The position numbers were made by a program, and so were the translations under genes. From contig JAZAMN010000037.1 of NCBI GenBank assembly GCA_036229005.1, forward strand, positions 1-35,658: 35,658 nucleotides of DNA, read 5' to 3'. Position 1 is the stretch's first letter. Each line of letters opens with the position of its first letter. Below, one piece after another: positions 8,801-18,118 of this stretch. This DNA comes from Myxococcota bacterium (GTDB lineage Bacteria; Myxococcota_A; UBA796; CAJQPC01). Under the pieces are notes generated by a model. That model made no database searches. It had not been told where the DNA came from and saw only the letters and a list, made by a program, of their open reading frames with translations.

Positions 8801-9933
8801 GAAGCCAGGAAGTCCAGGACCGTCTGCAGGCGGACGACCTCACCGTCCTGGCTGCTGAGCTGCTCTTTCAGCTTGTCCAGGGCTTGCTGGGCGGCGGCGA
8901 GGTCTTCGTCGTCGATGTGCTGGGAGACCCGATCCAGCGCCTCCTTGATGGCCTGGGGGCGCTCAGGGACCTCCAGCAGCTCCTCCAGGATGGCGTTGCT
9001 GTCGCGCCCGTAGACGGGCACGGGCGCCTTGTGGAGCTGGAAGTTGTCCAGCACCTGGATGCTCGCCGTGGGGACGCTCGCCATGACCTGCGGCGAGTGG
9101 GTGGTCGCGATGATCTGGACGCCGGGGAAGGTCTCCCGCAGGGCCGGGAGGGCGGCGCGCTGCCAGCTTGGGTGCAGGTGCAGGGCGACCTCGTCGATCA
9201 AGAGGATGCCCTGCTGGTCGATGGGGTTGTCCGCGTCCGGCCACGCTTCAACCAGCCGCCGGGCCTGCTCCATGACGGTCAGAAGCAGGACCTGTTCGCC
9301 GTCGGAGAGCTGCTGGATTGCGAGGGGTTGGCCGTTCTTCTCGAAGACCAGGCTGCCTTCGGGGTTGGCCTGGCCGTGGACACCCAGGCGGGAGATGCGA
9401 GGGTTCTTGTAGTCCGCGTGGGGGAGGGCACTCAGGAAGCGGGTGAGGGCCTCGCGGATGGCTTCGAGTGCGGGGTTCCGGTGGTCGGGGTCCTCGCGCA
9501 GGCGGACTTCGTTCTCCAGGTTCTCTTGCTTGGTGAACCAGGGGACCAGCTCAGCGAGGGGACCGGAGGTGTGGGAGCGCTGCGCGGTGAGGAGGGCGAA
9601 GGCGTCGTAGCCAATCGGGGGACTGCTCATGGCGAACTCATCTTCATTTGAGCTACGAAAGTTCAGCCAGTCGTGCCCGGTGACGCCGAACGAATGCTGC
9701 CCTTGTACAAGCAGGACCACAAAGTGGGATGCTCCTGTCCGGCGATCGAATGGATCGGAGGCAACGACGCTGAAGTTTGCCTGTAGTGCCTGCTCAAACA
9801 CCAGCTCAATCGCCCGCAACACCGAGCTCTTCCCCGACCCGTTCCGTCCGACCAGCAGACAGAAGGGCCCCGGCTCGAACTCCAGGCGCTCAAAGCCCCG
9901 GTAGTTCTCCAACACCAGCTTATCGATGTGCAT
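8797..9933 (-). CDS. ptuA: ABC-type AAA ATPase, Septu PtuA-like
   Basis: LENYRGF, Walker A GRNGSGKSS, ENLENE, signature QLSDGEQ, Walker B LIDEVALHLHPSWQR, ATTHSPQV, YGRDSNAILEELL. Confidence 0.8.
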   Translation of the reverse strand: MHIDKLVLENYRGFERLEFEPGPFCLLVGRNGSGKSSVLRAIELVFEQALQANFSVVASDPFDRRTGASHFVVLLVQGQHSFGVTGHDWLNFRSSNEDEFAMSSPPIGYDAFALLTAQRSHTSGPLAELVPWFTKQENLENEVRLREDPDHRNPALEAIREALTRFLSALPHADYKNPRISRLGVHGQANPEGSLVFEKNGQPLAIQQLSDGEQVLLLTVMEQARRLVEAWPDADNPIDQQGILLIDEVALHLHPSWQRAALPALRETFPGVQIIATTHSPQVMASVPTASIQVLDNFQLHKAPVPVYGRDSNAILEELLEVPERPQAIKEALDRVSQHIDDEDLAAAQQALDKLKEQLSSQDGEVVRLQTVLDFLAS

Positions 9934-9969
9934 GCGCCATGCTAGCCCGGGGGTGCCCGGGACTCAAGC

Positions 9970-11412
9970 TCAGTACGCCGGCAGCGCCCACTCCTCAAAG
10001 CTCCCGAACTCCAACGCCAAGGCCACCACGTACCCGTCGGGGCTGATGGCGATGCGGCTGGCCCCGGCGGTGGTCTGCCAGACGCTGGCGGGGGTGCCGT
10101 CGGCGGGGACGCGCTCGAGCTCCAGGTTGTCGGTGCTCAGGTAGAGGTCGCCGCTCCAGGGGTCGAAGGCCAGGGACAGGACGTTGCCGCCGGCGCTGTG
10201 CTCCAGGGTGGTGACACCGCTGGCCACGTCCAGGCTGTAGACGTCGGCGCCCACGGAGAACCAGGGGGACTCGCTGCCGTCCAATGCGACGGCCTCGATG
10301 TGGGCCAGGCCGGTCACGTGCTCGGTGGACACGCCGCTGACGTCGTCCACGCAGGACAGGCTGCCGTCGGTCACGAAGCCGGGCGCCCAGATGCAGCCGC
10401 TGCTGTCCCAGGCGAGCTGGCCCGGCGTCCGGTTGAAGTAGCTTGTGCTCCAGAGGCTGCCGTTGGACAGCGTGCCGCGCACCCAGTCGCTGACGGTGGT
10501 GCTGCCGGCGGCCACGATGCCCAGGCCCATCCGGGAGTTGTCGTTGTGGCTGATCACGGCGTTCCCGCTGCTGGGGTGCACCGCGATGGCCTGCTGGTTG
10601 AAGTTGCTGTAGCCCACGATGGTGGTGCTCGTGCCGTCGGGCTCCAGGCGGTAGGCGTAGTCGGTGCCCGAGCGGATGCCGCTGACCCAGCCGGCGCAGG
10701 CGTCGTCAAAGGCCAGATCGGTGCTGATGTTGAGCTGGGCGGACTCCAGGTCCGCGGCGCTGGGATGCGTGCAGTCGGCTTCGGGCCGGCACTCCAGGAT
10801 GGCGGGGTCGTCGTCCACACAGTCCGCGCCGCCATGGTCGCTGCTCGGCTCGCCGTCCGCGTCCGCGTCGTAGTCGTCGTCGCCCGCGCAGTCGGCGTCC
10901 ACGCCGTCGTACCAGGTCTCGGGGGCGCCGGGGTACACGCTGGGGTCGCTGTCATCGCAGTCGCCCCCCACATCCGAGGTGTCCGGCGGCTGCTCGCAGC
11001 TCGTGCTGCCCTCGCCGGCGCCGTAGCCGTCGCGGTCCCCGTCCGAATAGAAGGTCTGGGCGTCCTCGGAGTCCTCGGGGTCGACCACGCCGTCGCAGTC
11101 GTTGTCCACGCCATCGCAGACCTCGCTGGCGCCAGGGAATACCGAGCTGTCCCCGTCATCGCAGTCGTCGTTGGTGGGGGAGCTGTGCAGGGGCACCTCA
11201 CAAGCCACCTCCTCCTCCCCGGAGCCGAAGGTGTCCTGGTCGTTGTCCCAGTAGTAGGCGGTGCCGTCCACGGGCTCCTCGTCCACCACGCCGTCGCAGT
11301 CGTTGTCGATCGCGTCGCAGAGCTCGTCTTCGGGGACGCAGTCCACGATCTCGCCGGTGTCGACGGGGCTCTTGTCGCTGCGGCAGGCAAAGGAGAGGAG
11401 GATCAGCAACAC
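9970..11412 (-). CDS. Lipoprotein with Cys/Asp-rich putative metal-binding (MopE-related) repeats and a C-terminal beta-propeller-like domain
   Basis: VLLILLSFAC lipobox (GTG at 11412 with GGAG RBS); repeats ELCDAIDNDCDGVVDE, DCDDGDSSVFPGASEVCDGVDNDCDG, DCDDSDPSVYPGAPETWYDGVDADC; blade-like units DLAFDD, IAVHPSSG, LAWDSSG, LAFDPWSG, IAISPDG. Confidence 0.85.
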   Translation of the reverse strand: MLLILLSFACRSDKSPVDTGEIVDCVPEDELCDAIDNDCDGVVDEEPVDGTAYYWDNDQDTFGSGEEEVACEVPLHSSPTNDDCDDGDSSVFPGASEVCDGVDNDCDGVVDPEDSEDAQTFYSDGDRDGYGAGEGSTSCEQPPDTSDVGGDCDDSDPSVYPGAPETWYDGVDADCAGDDDYDADADGEPSSDHGGADCVDDDPAILECRPEADCTHPSAADLESAQLNISTDLAFDDACAGWVSGIRSGTDYAYRLEPDGTSTTIVGYSNFNQQAIAVHPSSGNAVISHNDNSRMGLGIVAAGSTTVSDWVRGTLSNGSLWSTSYFNRTPGQLAWDSSGCIWAPGFVTDGSLSCVDDVSGVSTEHVTGLAHIEAVALDGSESPWFSVGADVYSLDVASGVTTLEHSAGGNVLSLAFDPWSGDLYLSTDNLELERVPADGTPASVWQTTAGASRIAISPDGYVVALALEFGSFEEWALPAY

Positions 11413-11461
11413 AGGGGGCTCCAAGTCAGGGCCGGCAGTGTATTGCGATAGGCTCCCGCCT

Positions 11462-12946
11462 GTGCGACCCAGCCGCTACCTCCCCGCCGTCCTGGTCGCG
11501 GTCTGCGCGGCGCTGGCCGTGGGCGCGCTGCCGATGCTGGACGAGGAGTCCTATCTGGATCTGGCCGCCCAGGTCCACGACCACCCCTGGCGGCCCTACG
11601 ACTGGTGGCGGTCCTGGCAGCCCTGGGGGGACGATCCCGCCGGTGACACGAGCCTGTTCGCCCACCCGCCGGGGCACTGGCTGTGGGTCTCGCTGTGGCA
11701 GGGCCTGCTGGGCGAACACTGGGCCCTGCGCCTGCCGGTCGCGCTCCCCTGGGCGGCGATCCTGGGCTGGAGCGCCGGGCGCCTGGCCGAGTCCCTGAGT
11801 CCGCGCCCCCACGCCACCGCGCTCTTGTGGCTGGGCAGCCCCATCGTGCTCTTGGGCCTGCAGCTCTCGCTGATGGTCGACCTGCCCTTCTGGTCCCTGA
11901 GCACCCTGGCGATGGCCCTGTGGGTGCTGCGAAAGCCCGGCTGGGCGGGGGCGGCGCTGTCGGCGGCCTGCGCCTTCAAGTACCCGGCGCTGGTGCTGTG
12001 GGGCGTCTGGCTGCCCCTGGGCGGGCGGGAACCCAAGGCGCTGATTCGCGCAGGATTGAGCTTCCTGGCTGGCTTTGCGCTGGTTCAGGGCTTCGTGTTC
12101 GCCTCCACCGGGCAGCTCCACCTGCTCCACGTCCTGGGCCACGCCGACGAGATCGGGCGCGGTCCTCTGTTGCACCGCGGGGTCGGGGTCCTGGCGCGCT
12201 TGGGGCTGTCCGTCTCCCCCGTGGCCGCCCTGGGAGTGGCGCCCCTCTCCGGGCTCGGGGGGCTGGCGGGCCTGAGCGTCTTTGGGGAGGAGCTGGATGG
12301 GGGGCACGCCTTGCTCTTTGGGCTCACCGCCTGGGGTGGGGTCCTGGTCGCCCACGCCCTGAACGCTCTGCGCACCCCCGAGGACAGGCTGCCCGCGCTC
12401 TGGGCGCTGCTCACGATCGCCGCGGTGCTGCTGGGCCACAACTACGCCGGGGGCCGCTACCTGCTGCCGGCCACCCTGCCGCTGGCCCTGCTGCTCTCCC
12501 GCGGCCTGGCCCGCTTCCGCCCGCGCTGGGTCGCCGCGATGGCCCTGCCCTGGGCGCTGCTGGGGGGCTGGATGGTGCACGCCGAGCGGCAGCAGGCCCG
12601 CGCCTGGGAGGCCGCCGCGCTGGAGGTCAGCGCCGGGCCGGAGCGCGGCGTGTTCACCGGGGAGTGGACCTTCCGCTACGTCATGCGGCAGCAGGGGTGG
12701 ACCTTCCGCAGCGCGGGGCCCCTGGAGCCGGGGACCCTGATCGCGCGACCGGTGCACGCTGGCCCGGGGACCCTGGGGCTGGACGCGCCGGTGCTGGAGC
12801 TGTTCTCGGCGGGCGCCCCCGGGCTGCGGCTCACGGACCTGGAGCGCGGCATCGGCTACCACGCGGAGACCCTGGGACCGCGCCCGCTGGGCTGGTCGGA
12901 GGGCCCCGCCTCGCAGGTCACGCTAAGGCGGGTAGAGCCCGAGTGA
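11462..12946 (+). CDS. GT-C fold membrane glycosyltransferase (ArnT/PMT-like)
   Basis: DEESY after TM1, HPPG, LMVDLP, AFKYPA and RYLLPA motifs; many TM segments. GTG at 11462 chosen because the longer ORF overlaps the opposite-strand gene. Confidence 0.7.
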   Translation: MRPSRYLPAVLVAVCAALAVGALPMLDEESYLDLAAQVHDHPWRPYDWWRSWQPWGDDPAGDTSLFAHPPGHWLWVSLWQGLLGEHWALRLPVALPWAAILGWSAGRLAESLSPRPHATALLWLGSPIVLLGLQLSLMVDLPFWSLSTLAMALWVLRKPGWAGAALSAACAFKYPALVLWGVWLPLGGREPKALIRAGLSFLAGFALVQGFVFASTGQLHLLHVLGHADEIGRGPLLHRGVGVLARLGLSVSPVAALGVAPLSGLGGLAGLSVFGEELDGGHALLFGLTAWGGVLVAHALNALRTPEDRLPALWALLTIAAVLLGHNYAGGRYLLPATLPLALLLSRGLARFRPRWVAAMALPWALLGGWMVHAERQQARAWEAAALEVSAGPERGVFTGEWTFRYVMRQQGWTFRSAGPLEPGTLIARPVHAGPGTLGLDAPVLELFSAGAPGLRLTDLERGIGYHAETLGPRPLGWSEGPASQVTLRRVEPE

Positions 12947-13761
12947 AGCACCCCCTCCCCAGCTTTGACGCCCTGGTCCTGCGCGACAAGCTGCTGCAGG
13001 CCCGCGTGGGGGAGCGCTTCGAGCAGCACCTGCGGCGCTTGCCCCCGGTGACCACCGCGCTGGTGGCCGCGTGTGTGGTCCTGCACCTGGCCACCGGGGG
13101 CGTGGACTGGGCCACCGGGCAGGCCAACTGGGCCCAGGCCATCGTCGGGCAGCGCAGCGCGGGCACCCTGCTGCTCTTCGGCGCCCGGGAGCACGGGATG
13201 GTGGCCAGCGGCGAATACTGGCGCCTGCTCTCCTGCATCTTCCTGCACGGCGATGGCCTCCACATCCTCCTCAATGGCCTGGCCCTCTTTGGCCTGGGCC
13301 GCCTGTGCGAGGCGGTGTGGGGCGGTCTGCGCATGGCCGCGATCTTCCTCTTCGCCGGCCTCTGCGGCAGCCTGCTCTCCCAGGCCGGCGGGACGGAGCT
13401 CTCCGTGGGCGCGAGCGGGGGCGTGTTCGGGCTGCTGGGCGCCGGCGTCGTGTTCGGCCTGCGCGCCAAGGATGCCCTGCCTCCGGGGCTGCGGCGGGTC
13501 TTTGGTCGGGGCCTGGCGCCGTGGATCGTCATCAACCTGGCCATCGGCCTCTTCGTGCCCCGCATCGACAACCTGGGGCACCTGGGCGGGCTCTTCGGCG
13601 GCGTGCTGATCGCGCCGCTGCTGGCGGACCGCGTGCTCCCGGGCAGCCAGGGCTATAGCTGGGTGGACGGCTTCTTGGGGGTGGGGATGGGCGCCGTGCT
13701 GGCGGGCACCGCCGCGCAGGTGATCCGCGAGCTGCTCTGGGTGGGCGCCGGCATCGGCTGA
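12943..13761 (+). CDS. Rhomboid family intramembrane serine protease
   Basis: GEYWRLLSCIFLHGDGLHILLN, catalytic SVGASGGVFG and IDNLGHLGG; GTGA overlap with the glycosyltransferase stop. Confidence 0.92.
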   Translation: MKHPLPSFDALVLRDKLLQARVGERFEQHLRRLPPVTTALVAACVVLHLATGGVDWATGQANWAQAIVGQRSAGTLLLFGAREHGMVASGEYWRLLSCIFLHGDGLHILLNGLALFGLGRLCEAVWGGLRMAAIFLFAGLCGSLLSQAGGTELSVGASGGVFGLLGAGVVFGLRAKDALPPGLRRVFGRGLAPWIVINLAIGLFVPRIDNLGHLGGLFGGVLIAPLLADRVLPGSQGYSWVDGFLGVGMGAVLAGTAAQVIRELLWVGAGIG

Positions 13762-13818
13762 GCGGCCTTCGCCCTGGCCGCATCGCCTGCTACCCTGGGA
13801 CAAACGACCGGAGCGCAC

Positions 13819-14397
13819 GTGCCCGAGAAGACCCGCAAGCCCACCGGTCCCATGGGCCGCACCTTCAACCGCATCCTGCAGGTGCGCGAGAACCGCAGCG
13901 ACACGCAGGACATGGCCTTCAACCGGGAGCAGCTCAAGGAGTTCCTGGACAATGGCCTGCAGCTCGCCGAGGGCGAGTGGTTCCGCGGCGCCAAGCTCGA
14001 CGGCGTGACCGACGCGCTGATGGAGCGCCTGGATCTGGACGCCACCGGCACGGTCTCGTGGGAGGAGTTCCAGGAGTTCGAGCGCTCCGTGGTCGACGTG
14101 ATCGCGCCCGCGCTGGCCGAGAACCCCACCGCCGCCCAGGTCGAGCTCGCCGCCAGCGGCACCTTCGCGCAGGCCGACACCAGCGGCGACGGGCAGCTCA
14201 CCCTCGAGGAGCTCCAGGCCTCCACCCGCGAGAGCCTCCCCGAGGGCACCGACCACGCCGACCTGATCGCCCAGCTCGGGGCGCGCATGGCCGTGGACGG
14301 GGTGGACCAGGATCAGCGCGAGCAGAAGGTCGCCCGCCGTCGCCTCAGCCGCACCGAGTGGATCCAGGCCGCCAAGCAGCTCACCGGCCTGCAGTAA
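13819..14397 (+). CDS. EF-hand domain protein
   Basis: Two canonical 12-residue loops, DLDATGTVSWEE and DTSGDGQLTLEE; GGAG RBS before the GTG. Confidence 0.8.
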   Translation: MPEKTRKPTGPMGRTFNRILQVRENRSDTQDMAFNREQLKEFLDNGLQLAEGEWFRGAKLDGVTDALMERLDLDATGTVSWEEFQEFERSVVDVIAPALAENPTAAQVELAASGTFAQADTSGDGQLTLEELQASTRESLPEGTDHADLIAQLGARMAVDGVDQDQREQKVARRRLSRTEWIQAAKQLTGLQ

Positions 14398-14451
14398 TCC
14401 GCCTCAAGCCAGGGGAATCCGGGCCGATGCGGGGGGCGGAGGCTTCCCCCG

Positions 14452-15201
14452 ATGCTCGCTGCGCCCTCTCTCTGGATCCTGCCCCAAGGCCCCGTCGCTG
14501 TCCTGTTGGAGGAGGCGCGGGTGCACCGTGCGCTGCGCCATCCCTACCTCCACGCCCTGGTCTGCCGCGAGCTGCCGGAGCCGGATCGGGCCCTCAGCGA
14601 GGTCTTCCTGCAGCTCATGCCCTGGGTCGCCGCGCTGCGCCCCGCGATGGGCAGCATCGCTGGGCGGGTGGGCTCGGAGACCCTGGCCCACGAGGCCGAG
14701 CTGGCCGCTGGCGTGCTGGACCCCCACGCCAAGGCCGCCCTGCTGGACGCCGAGCTGGGGCACCTCTCGGGCTACTCCCACCTGGAGCTCTACGTGGAGG
14801 GCCTGAACCTGATGGGCCTGGACGGCGCCTGGGAGGAGGCCGACCGCTTCACCAAGCGCACCTGGACCCACCTGCGGCGCTTCAACCGCATGACGGAGCA
14901 CGCCGACCCGCTGCACGCCCTGGGCGCGAGCGTGCTGGGCACCCACCTGATCTTCCCGGAGGTCGCGACCATGCTGATGGCCGCCCTCAAGGACCACCCC
15001 CGGGGGGTCGAGGCCGCCGAGCTTCTGGGCGCCCGCAACGTGCTGGTGCGTCACACCCAGGACGACGTGCTCCAGGCGGTCGAGGTGCTCAGCGCCCAGC
15101 CGCAGGGGCTTCGCCGCCTCGCGGGGGGCAGGACGCTCGCGCTCGATGCCCTCGCGCACCTCTTCGATGGGCTGATGGAGAAGGCGTGGCGGGGGGACTG
15201 A
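14452..15201 (+). CDS. Heme-oxygenase-like (TenA/PqqC/HDO fold) protein, divergent
   Basis: HRALRHPYLHAL N-terminal motif, SHLELY, ALGASVLGTHLIFP and HTQDD recall iron-containing redox enzyme family helices; high GC3. Confidence 0.55.
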   Translation: MLAAPSLWILPQGPVAVLLEEARVHRALRHPYLHALVCRELPEPDRALSEVFLQLMPWVAALRPAMGSIAGRVGSETLAHEAELAAGVLDPHAKAALLDAELGHLSGYSHLELYVEGLNLMGLDGAWEEADRFTKRTWTHLRRFNRMTEHADPLHALGASVLGTHLIFPEVATMLMAALKDHPRGVEAAELLGARNVLVRHTQDDVLQAVEVLSAQPQGLRRLAGGRTLALDALAHLFDGLMEKAWRGD

Positions 15202-15278
15202 TCCCAGAGCGGTGAAAGCGCGCCGGCTCGAACACCGACGCGCCTCCTCTTCCCCTCGCGGAGCCCGGGCTCTGGGGC

Positions 15279-16352
15279 CTACTGCTCGACGGGGCGGCCT
15301 TCCTTGTTCCAGGCCAGCATCCCGCCGCGCAGGCTGGCGACGTTCTGGAAGCCCATGGACTCCATGAGGCGGGCGGCGCGCCCGGAGCGGCCCCCGGAGC
15401 GGCAGATGGTGACGTACTTTGCGTCGCGGTCCCAGCCCTCGGCGGGCACGTTCAGGGTGTCCAGGGTGAAGAGCTCGGCGCCCTTGACGTGGCCCAGCTC
15501 GCCGGTGAACTCGTCGGGGCGGCGCACGTCGATCAGGCGCACGTCGGCGGGGACGCTGCCCACGTAGGAGGTCACGACCTCGGGGATGCCCTCGGGGGTG
15601 CGGACGATGGGCGCCCAGGCGTCGCTGCGGCGCTCGGGCTCCACCCACTCGCCGTCGACGGAGAGCCAGCCGCATTTCTGGTTGGCGGGGACGGCGACCT
15701 CGATCTTGGCGGGGTTGGCGAGCTTTAGGGCCTCCATGATGCCCTTGAAGTCCTCCAGGCTGTTGCCCAGCTTGAGGCGCGGGTTGTAGCGCTTCTCTTC
15801 GGCGACGGTGCTGGAGGTGCGGCCCTTGTAGTCGTGGCCTGGGTAGACAATGCAGTCGTCCTTGAGGGAGAAGATCTTGTCGTGGACGGAGTTGTAGAGC
15901 TTCTCGGGGCTGCCCTGCTGGAAGTCCGTGCGGCCGCAGCCGCGGATCATCATGGTGTCGCCGGTGAACACCATCCGCTCGTCGTCCAGCACGTAGACCA
16001 CGCAGCCGTCGGTGTGTCCTGGGGTGGCGCGCACCTCGATGCGGTGGCTGCCGAACGCGATGACGTCGCCGTCGTCCACGAGCTTGTCGGCGCAGGCGGC
16101 GCCGCCGCGGCCGGAGACCACGGTCTGGCAGCCGACCTTGGTCCGGAGCAGCCCGGAGGAGGTCACGTGGTCGGCGTGGATGTGGGTCTCCAGGGTGTAC
16201 TTGAGCTGGACCTCGAGCTCCTCCAGGAACTGCAGGTCGCGGTCGAGCTGCTCGCGCACGGGGTCGATGAGCACCGCCTCCCGCGTGGTCTCGTCGGCGA
16301 GCAGGTAGGTGTAGGTGCAGGTCTCGCGGTCAAAGAGCTGGCGGAAGATCAT
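15279..16352 (-). CDS. Persulfide dioxygenase (ETHE1-type MBL fold) fused to a C-terminal rhodanese
   Basis: MIFRQLFDRETCTYTYLL, IDPV, ETHIHADHVT, ATPGHTDG, FTGD, RGCGRTDFQQG, YPGHDYKG, EEKRYNPRL; rhodanese IDVRRPDEF...CRSGGRS...LRGGMLAW. ATGA overlap with sulP. Confidence 0.93.
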   Translation of the reverse strand: MIFRQLFDRETCTYTYLLADETTREAVLIDPVREQLDRDLQFLEELEVQLKYTLETHIHADHVTSSGLLRTKVGCQTVVSGRGGAACADKLVDDGDVIAFGSHRIEVRATPGHTDGCVVYVLDDERMVFTGDTMMIRGCGRTDFQQGSPEKLYNSVHDKIFSLKDDCIVYPGHDYKGRTSSTVAEEKRYNPRLKLGNSLEDFKGIMEALKLANPAKIEVAVPANQKCGWLSVDGEWVEPERRSDAWAPIVRTPEGIPEVVTSYVGSVPADVRLIDVRRPDEFTGELGHVKGAELFTLDTLNVPAEGWDRDAKYVTICRSGGRSGRAARLMESMGFQNVASLRGGMLAWNKEGRPVEQ

Positions 16353-18118
16353 GGTCTCTCCAAGGGTTGGTGGCTGCTGCGCCAGGCCAGGTAGTTGTGC
16401 ATGGCCTTGCACTGGAATCCGGTGATCTCCATGGCCCGCTCGATGGCTGCATCCATCGCACCGAACCAGGTCACCTGGGTCTCGAAGATGTTCTCGGGGC
16501 CGATGCGCTCCATGGCGTTGGCCCGCTCGAGCTTGGCGTAGACGGTGGGCTTCACCCCCACGACCAGCAGGGTCATCCCGCGGCTGCGCATGAGCTCGGC
16601 GGCGTCGGCGAGGACCGTGGCGCAGGAGATGTCCATGCCGCCGGTGCGCTTCATGCGCAGGATGACGACCTCGACCTCGGGGTCTGCGACCTGGGCATCC
16701 AGGATGCGCCGGAGCTCGCCGGCGGAGCCAAAGAAGAGGGCGCCCTCCAGGTGGATGATGCGCAGCTTGGGGGCGCGCTCCACGGGGGCCTCGTCGTCGC
16801 CGACCTCGACCTCGCGCAGGCGGCCGGTCTCGTCGATGGCGAGCTCCGAGCTGACCAGGATGCTGGCCCGGCGCAGGAAGAAGACCAGGCTCACGCCCAC
16901 GCCCAGGTAGATGGCGCGGTCCAGGGGCAGGGAGAAGCAGCCGATGAGGGTCACGATGTAGGCCACCGCGTCGCCGGGGGTGGTCTTGAGGGTGACCTTG
17001 ATGCGGGGGATGTCGATGACGTCGTAGGCGACGATGACCAGCAGGCCGCCCAGAACGGGGACCGGGGTGTGGTCCAGGATGGGGCCGCCCACCCAGACCA
17101 TCACGATGACCATCAGCCCGCCGATCACGCCGGCCAGGCGGGTCTTTCCGCCAGCCCGCCAGCACATGCTGGAGCGGGAGGGGCTGCCGCTGACGACGTA
17201 GCCACCGCTGAACGCCGCCGCGACGTTGGCCAGGCCCTGGCCGATGAACTCTCGGTTGGCGTCGACCCGGTCTCCGGTGCGGGCGGCCAGGGAGCGGCCC
17301 ACGGCGCTGCTCTCGACCAGGGAGAGCACGGTGGTCGCGGCGGCCAGGGGCAGCAGGGTGTCCAGGCCGGCGACGCTGGGGATCGAGAAGGGGGGCAGCG
17401 AGCTGGGCACGCGGGCGATGTCCGCGAGCACCTGGACGCCCCGGCTGTGGAAGTCGAAGATGAACTCCAGGACGATGCCCAGGGTCATCACGAGCACGGC
17501 GGTGGGGATGCGGCGGTCGATCTTGCGGATCAGCACGACCGCGGCCGCGGCGCCGATGCCCAGCACCAGAGCGAGCGGGTTCACCTGGGTCAGGCCCTGC
17601 CCCCAGACACTCAGCTTCTCCAGCAGGTTGCCGCTGCCGCCGGCGGTCCCGGTGAGGTTTGGGAGCTGCCCGACGGCGATCAGAACGCCGGCGCCGGTGA
17701 TGTAGCCCAGCACCACGGGGGCGCCGATGTAGTCGATGATCGCGCCCAGGCGCAGAGCGCCCGCGGCCACCTGCATGACGCCCACCATCAGGGCCAGCGT
17801 GGCGGCGACGACCACCGGCTCGGCCCCGTTCTGGGCGGCCAGGGTGGCCACCGCTCCACCCACCAGCAGGGAGACCGCGTTGGTGGGGCCGGCGACGACG
17901 TGGCGGGAGGAGCGCGTCAGGGCGCCGATGATCGAGGGGATCATCGCGGCGTAGAGGCCCACCTTTGGGGGCAGGCCAGCGATCATCGCGTAGGCCACGC
18001 CCTGGGGGATGGACAGGAAGGCGACGGCCGCTCCGGAGCCCACATCGCCGATCAGCTTGGTCTTGTCGTAGTCGACCAGGTCTGGGGTCAGGGCTTTGAG
18101 GCGGTCGATTGGGGTCAA
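16349..18118 (-). CDS. sulP: SulP/SLC26 family anion transporter with STAS domain
   Basis: IPQGVAYAMIAGLPPKVGLYA, AGPTNA, DANREFIGQGLAN, SGSPSRS and STAS LEGALFFGS; TTG at 18118 preceded by GGAG (ORF track starts at 18175). Confidence 0.93.
   Translation of the reverse strand: MTPIDRLKALTPDLVDYDKTKLIGDVGSGAAVAFLSIPQGVAYAMIAGLPPKVGLYAAMIPSIIGALTRSSRHVVAGPTNAVSLLVGGAVATLAAQNGAEPVVVAATLALMVGVMQVAAGALRLGAIIDYIGAPVVLGYITGAGVLIAVGQLPNLTGTAGGSGNLLEKLSVWGQGLTQVNPLALVLGIGAAAAVVLIRKIDRRIPTAVLVMTLGIVLEFIFDFHSRGVQVLADIARVPSSLPPFSIPSVAGLDTLLPLAAATTVLSLVESSAVGRSLAARTGDRVDANREFIGQGLANVAAAFSGGYVVSGSPSRSSMCWRAGGKTRLAGVIGGLMVIVMVWVGGPILDHTPVPVLGGLLVIVAYDVIDIPRIKVTLKTTPGDAVAYIVTLIGCFSLPLDRAIYLGVGVSLVFFLRRASILVSSELAIDETGRLREVEVGDDEAPVERAPKLRIIHLEGALFFGSAGELRRILDAQVADPEVEVVILRMKRTGGMDISCATVLADAAELMRSRGMTLLVVGVKPTVYAKLERANAMERIGPENIFETQVTWFGAMDAAIERAMEITGFQCKAMHNYLAWRSSHQPLERP

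Noticed and set aside
8168..9970. Retron (type I-A) system
   Set aside because: No reverse transcriptase ORF in the window, and only 6-36 bp of flanking intergenic DNA, too little for msr-msd.
11261..12942. Long 5' extensions of the glycosyltransferase (from 11261) and rhomboid (from 11683) ORFs
   Set aside because: They overlap other supported genes; better starts exist at 11462 and 12943.
15279..17165. 628-aa ORF suggesting a long N-terminal extension or SulP-PDO frameshift fusion
   Set aside because: The extension is an Arg/Pro/Gly-rich alternative frame of sulP. The PDO starts at ATG 16352 with a GGAGA RBS and an ordinary ATGA overlap.
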